Positions 60,441-64,000 of a DNA stretch of 64,000 nt are shown here, one piece after another. A program made the translations under genes and the position numbers. The DNA comes from Candidatus Latescibacterota bacterium (GTDB taxonomy: Bacteria > Krumholzibacteriota > Krumholzibacteriia > WVZY01), in NCBI GenBank assembly GCA_963791045.1, contig CAWBQK010000013.1, positions 256,001 to 320,000 on the forward strand, read 5' to 3'. Within the stretch, counting starts at the first letter, position 1; each line of letters opens with the position of its first letter. Under the pieces are notes generated by a model. That model saw only the letters and a program-made list of their open reading frames with translations. It did not search any database and was not told the DNA's origin.

Positions 60441-61701
60441 ATGTCTAACCAAAAAGTCATGAACCGGTCGCTCGTTGTTGTCGGCGCGCTGTTGATACAG
60501 TTGTCGCTCGGCGCCATTTATGCGTGGTCGGTGTTCACCAAACCGCTCGTTGCCGAGGGGTGGAGCAAGGCCCAGACGCAGGCTGTCTTTTCCGCGGGTC
60601 TCGCCCTTTTTGCCATCGTTATGGTAATTGCGGGACGGGCATTGCCCAAAGTGGGGCCGAGAAAACTCGCCATGTGGGGCGGCGTGGTTCTGGGGCTCGG
60701 TTACGTCCTCGCCGGCGTGCTGGGCGCGACCAACTTCTGGGTTCTCTTTATCTGTATCGGGATCATCGGCGGCGCCGGTATCGGTCTTGCCTACGTGGTG
60801 CCCATCGCCGTCGGAATGCGCTGGTTCCCCGACAGGAAGGGCTTTATAACGGGTCTGGCCGTTGCCGGTTTTGGTTTCGGAGCGATGCTCTGGGTCAAAC
60901 TGGCCGGCTCGTGGGGGCACCTCATAGCCAAATACGGGCTTGGGAAACACGTTCATCATATACGGCATCCTGTTTTTTGCCACGGTCGTCGTCGGTGGAA
61001 TCTGGATGGTCTTTCCACCCGAGGGCTACAAGCCCAAGGGCTGGGAACCCGCCCAGGCGGCAAAAGGCGCGGCACCGGCCGCCGGCTCGATCGACTTCGA
61101 GAGCGGTGCGATGCTTCGCACACCTCAGTTCTTCATGATCTTTATGACGTTCCTGTTTAGCGCCAGCGCGGGTCTGATGAGTATCGGCCTCATGAAGCTC
61201 TTCCCGTCGCAGGCGCTCGAAGCAAACGGGATGTCACCGATAGCGGCGTCGGCGACCGCCGGCACCGCGATGGCGGTGTTCTTCTCGCTGGCCAACGGCC
61301 TTGGCCGGATCGGGTGGGGAACGATTTCAGACAAGATCGGCCGTAAAATGTCGATTATCATTATGACGGCGGTCCAGGGGGTCATGATGCTGTGCTTCCC
61401 GTTTATGGCGGGCACAACGGCACTGCTCTACCTCGGGGCGACGCTGATCGGCTTCAACTTCGGCGGCAACTTCGCGTTGTTCCCGACGATCACTGCCGAT
61501 ACCTTTGGGAACAAATTCGTCGGACAAAACTACGGATGGGTGTTCCTCGCATATGGCGTCGGCGGGATATTCGGACCGATCCTCGGTGGCAGGCTGGGGG
61601 ACATGGGCAACTTCCCGATGGCGTTCACAATCGTCGGGATTTTGTGTCTCGCAGCATCGCTGATAATCGCGACGGTCAAACCACCGTTCAAATCAAACTA
61701 G
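60441..61701 (+). CDS. OFA/MCT family MFS transporter, frameshift near 60945
   Basis: LGAIYAWSVF, WFPDRKGFITGLAVAGFG in the first frame. NGLGRIGWGTISDKIGR, FGGNFALFP in the second. Confidence 0.9.
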
Positions 61702-61735
61702 GAACGGTCTCCAGGATCCACTGGATTTGCATAAG

Positions 61736-61764
61736 AAAAGCGCGCTCTCGGGCGCGCTTTTTTT
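61736..61764. terminator. Bidirectional Rho-independent terminator
   Basis: AAAAGCGCGCT-CTCG-GGCGCGCTTTTTTT between convergent genes. Confidence 0.88.
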
Positions 61765-61787
61765 GTGGGTGTCGGACAGGCGTGAGA

Positions 61788-62432
61788 TCAAATCGAGTTC
61801 GCCGCTGATCCAGTACGCGTGCTCAAGTAAAAATGCCACAACAACCGCGCCGCGACGGCCCGCCACGGCCGCCATTTCTCCCCGATTTCCTCCAGTTCGT
61901 CGCTTGTCGGCCGGACGGGAAGACTCAGAGCTTCCGCGGCGCCGACCATGAGAGCAAGATCCGAAGCCGGCCACACATCGGGCCGTTTCAGCGCCTGCAA
62001 CAGGTAGATGTCCGCCGTCCAGGGGCCGATTCCTTTTTGCGCGGTGAGCATCCTTCGCGCATCCTCATCGCTCATTTTGCCGACGGCGTGAAGGTCCAAA
62101 TCCCCCCCGGCAACCGCTTCGGCCAACCCTCGGCAATATCCCATCTTTTGACGGCTGAAACCAATGGCTTTGAGTGTTGGGGCGCTAAGCGACAGGAGTT
62201 TCTCGGGGGTAACGGTCTGCATTTTCTTTTCGAGCCGGCCGATGGTTGCTTTCGCCGACGCCAGTGACACTTGTTGTTCCAGAATTATATAGACGAGAGT
62301 GGAGAATCCGGGTTTGCGGGTCCACATCGGCGCGGGGCCGAAATTTTTGATGATCGAGGCGAGGCGGCGGTCGCGGCGGGCCAGTATTCTAAGACCATCC
62401 GCGTAGGATTTCTTGTCGAGCCGGGGCACCAT
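61788..62432 (-). CDS. alkA: DNA-3-methyladenine glycosylase II family (HhH-GPD)
   Basis: ILEQQVSLASA, KGIGPWTA (HhH), PDVWPASDL, WRPWR. TAATG overlap with the upstream gene. Confidence 0.88.
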   Translation of the reverse strand: MVPRLDKKSYADGLRILARRDRRLASIIKNFGPAPMWTRKPGFSTLVYIILEQQVSLASAKATIGRLEKKMQTVTPEKLLSLSAPTLKAIGFSRQKMGYCRGLAEAVAGGDLDLHAVGKMSDEDARRMLTAQKGIGPWTADIYLLQALKRPDVWPASDLALMVGAAEALSLPVRPTSDELEEIGEKWRPWRAVAARLLWHFYLSTRTGSAANSI

Positions 62433-64000
62433 TAATTCTCTTCCCCATCCGCCGTGTCGGCGGGCGAAGGAACCCACCCCTTCTGACGAAGCCATTCTTC
62501 GGCCTGGGCAACCCTCTCAGAGAAGATCAACCACATGAACGCGTCACCGTCACGGATCTTTACCTTGTGATCGAACAGTTCCACCGATTCGCCTCTTTTG
62601 ACCGCGACCGGCAGAAGCGTGTTTTTTAGCTCTTTTGGGGTGTCCGCCGGCGTCGCGTCGGCCGCCTCGACGGATTCTTCTTTTGGCTCCTCCGGTCCTT
62701 TCCACTCCCAGCACGCTACCGCGGCAATTCCCCTCCGAAGCCGGACCGACCACAACTCGACATCCGTCTCTCCTCCAAAGAGGACACCGGCGCCGGTTTC
62801 ATAAACCATGTCATCCTCGATCGATCCATGCCCGCGCTCGATCGCGACAAATGTTCTGGGCACCTTGTAGTCGTGGGCTTTCTCTATAAAAAGCAAATTC
62901 ACCGCGTCGTTCCAGAGAACGCCCACAGCGACTTTGCGGGATTCGAGGTCGGCGCCGAGAAGAACACGCTCTTCGAGCGCATTTCCAAAAACGACACGAA
63001 ACCCTTCCCTTTGCGCCTCTCGAGTGGCTTCAGCGCGCGCATCGATGAACACGACTTCTTCCCCTGCGTCGCGGAATATCCCACCAATGAGCCGGCCGAG
63101 ATTGTGCGCGCCCAGAATCACGTAGCCAAGACCGGTCGGGCGGCGGACGCCGAGCCATTTCGCGACCCACACCCCGGTCGTCCCCTGAAAAACAACGGTA
63201 ACCGCGATAACAAGAAATACCAGCGCGCGAAGCTCCGTGCCGCCGGCGATACCGGCATGCTCAAGACGGTCGTAGAAAAGAGACGCCACCGCCGCGGCAA
63301 CAATCCCGCGGGGCGCCAACCACGAAAGAAATGTCTTTTCTTTGACGCTCATGCCGGATCGAAGCGTGCACGCAATCACATTGACGGGGCGAACGACAAA
63401 CATCAACGCTAGCACCACCATGAGTCCGGGAACCCCAAGAGCCCGCACGTCGGCCAGTCTCACGTCGGCCGCCAGGAGGACAAACAACATTCCAATGAGA
63501 AGAACTGTCAGCTGTTCTTTGAATTCCCTCAGCTCGGGGAGCGCCGGCGTGCGGACATTTCCAACCACAAACCCCGCGACGATAACACTGACAATCCCGG
63601 TCTCCGGAAGAATGACGTTACTGGCCTGAAAGAGCGCGAGCGCGAGCGACAGCGTAAAAACGTTTTCAAAACCTTCGGGAACGATCCGCCGCGAACGGAG
63701 TGCCAGCGCGATGATGATCCCACCAATGAGTCCGATGAGGACGCCAAAAATGAGACGAGTGGGAAGACCGGCAAGACCCAGGGCCATCGCGGAACGCGTC
63801 GGACTCAAAACGATTTCGAGGACGACGATGGCGAGAATGGCGCCCACTGCATCGATGAAGACGCCTTCCGCCTCAAGAACCGTCTCGAGTTTTCGTACGA
63901 TCCGTATGCGGCGAAGCAGGGGTGTAATGACGGTCGGTCCGGTTACAATGACAAGCGAGCCAAAGAGAATCGATACCGTCCAGTCCCAACCAAGTATCAT
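62432..64000 (-). CDS. CPA1 (NhaP-type) cation:proton antiporter with TrkA-N domain, 5'-truncated by window edge
   Basis: VTGPTVI, LEAEGVFIDAVG, APRGIVAAAVA, and C-terminal VILGAHNLG Rossmann-like domain. Confidence 0.88.
   Translation of the reverse strand: MILGWDWTVSILFGSLVIVTGPTVITPLLRRIRIVRKLETVLEAEGVFIDAVGAILAIVVLEIVLSPTRSAMALGLAGLPTRLIFGVLIGLIGGIIIALALRSRRIVPEGFENVFTLSLALALFQASNVILPETGIVSVIVAGFVVGNVRTPALPELREFKEQLTVLLIGMLFVLLAADVRLADVRALGVPGLMVVLALMFVVRPVNVIACTLRSGMSVKEKTFLSWLAPRGIVAAAVASLFYDRLEHAGIAGGTELRALVFLVIAVTVVFQGTTGVWVAKWLGVRRPTGLGYVILGAHNLGRLIGGIFRDAGEEVVFIDARAEATREAQREGFRVVFGNALEERVLLGADLESRKVAVGVLWNDAVNLLFIEKAHDYKVPRTFVAIERGHGSIEDDMVYETGAGVLFGGETDVELWSVRLRRGIAAVACWEWKGPEEPKEESVEAADATPADTPKELKNTLLPVAVKRGESVELFDHKVKIRDGDAFMWLIFSERVAQAEEWLRQKGWVPSPADTADGEEN

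Noticed and set aside
1-64000. tRNA, rRNA, IS elements, prophage or defence genes
   Set aside because: No cloverleaf or rRNA signatures, transposase, integrase, phage or defence motifs were recognised by eye. tRNAscan-SE, Rfam and DefenseFinder would confirm.

Overview
Gene-dense, GC-rich bacterial window. It is probably from an FCB-superphylum lineage such as Ca. Krumholzibacteriota/Latescibacterota, inferred from a secreted protein ending in a 'LGQNVPNPFNPVTTI' FlgD-Ig/T9SS-like tail and from many lipoproteins. Contents in order: partial membrane Fe-S protein, ferritin, lipoproteins, TusA and CDGSH proteins, hppD-hmgA, amrS, DegP, secreted metalloproteases, a six-gene tricarboxylate operon (HD protein, PrpD, fungal-type homoaconitase, homoisocitrate-DH-like enzyme, CitD-CitE fusion, CitF), orphan trpF, ppx/sixA, SLC13 permease, PLP decarboxylase, a 7-PAS kinase/NarL-type regulator pair, two RND efflux operons, an M28 peptidase, adenylate kinase, OFA MFS, alkA and a partial CPA1 antiporter. 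I found no rRNA, tRNA, CRISPR array or transposase. Four genes are split by single-base frameshifts and a fifth may have a shifted stop, most likely long-read errors. Top leads: (1) the PrpD/homoaconitase/citrate-lyase operon lacking citC/G/X, with a divergent ACP serine motif; (2) an adenylate kinase with a lipoprotein signal peptide; (3) an RND permease lacking the proton-relay residues; (4) a candidate response-regulator-driven sRNA; (5) a 59-bp tandem repeat fused to an aroB remnant.
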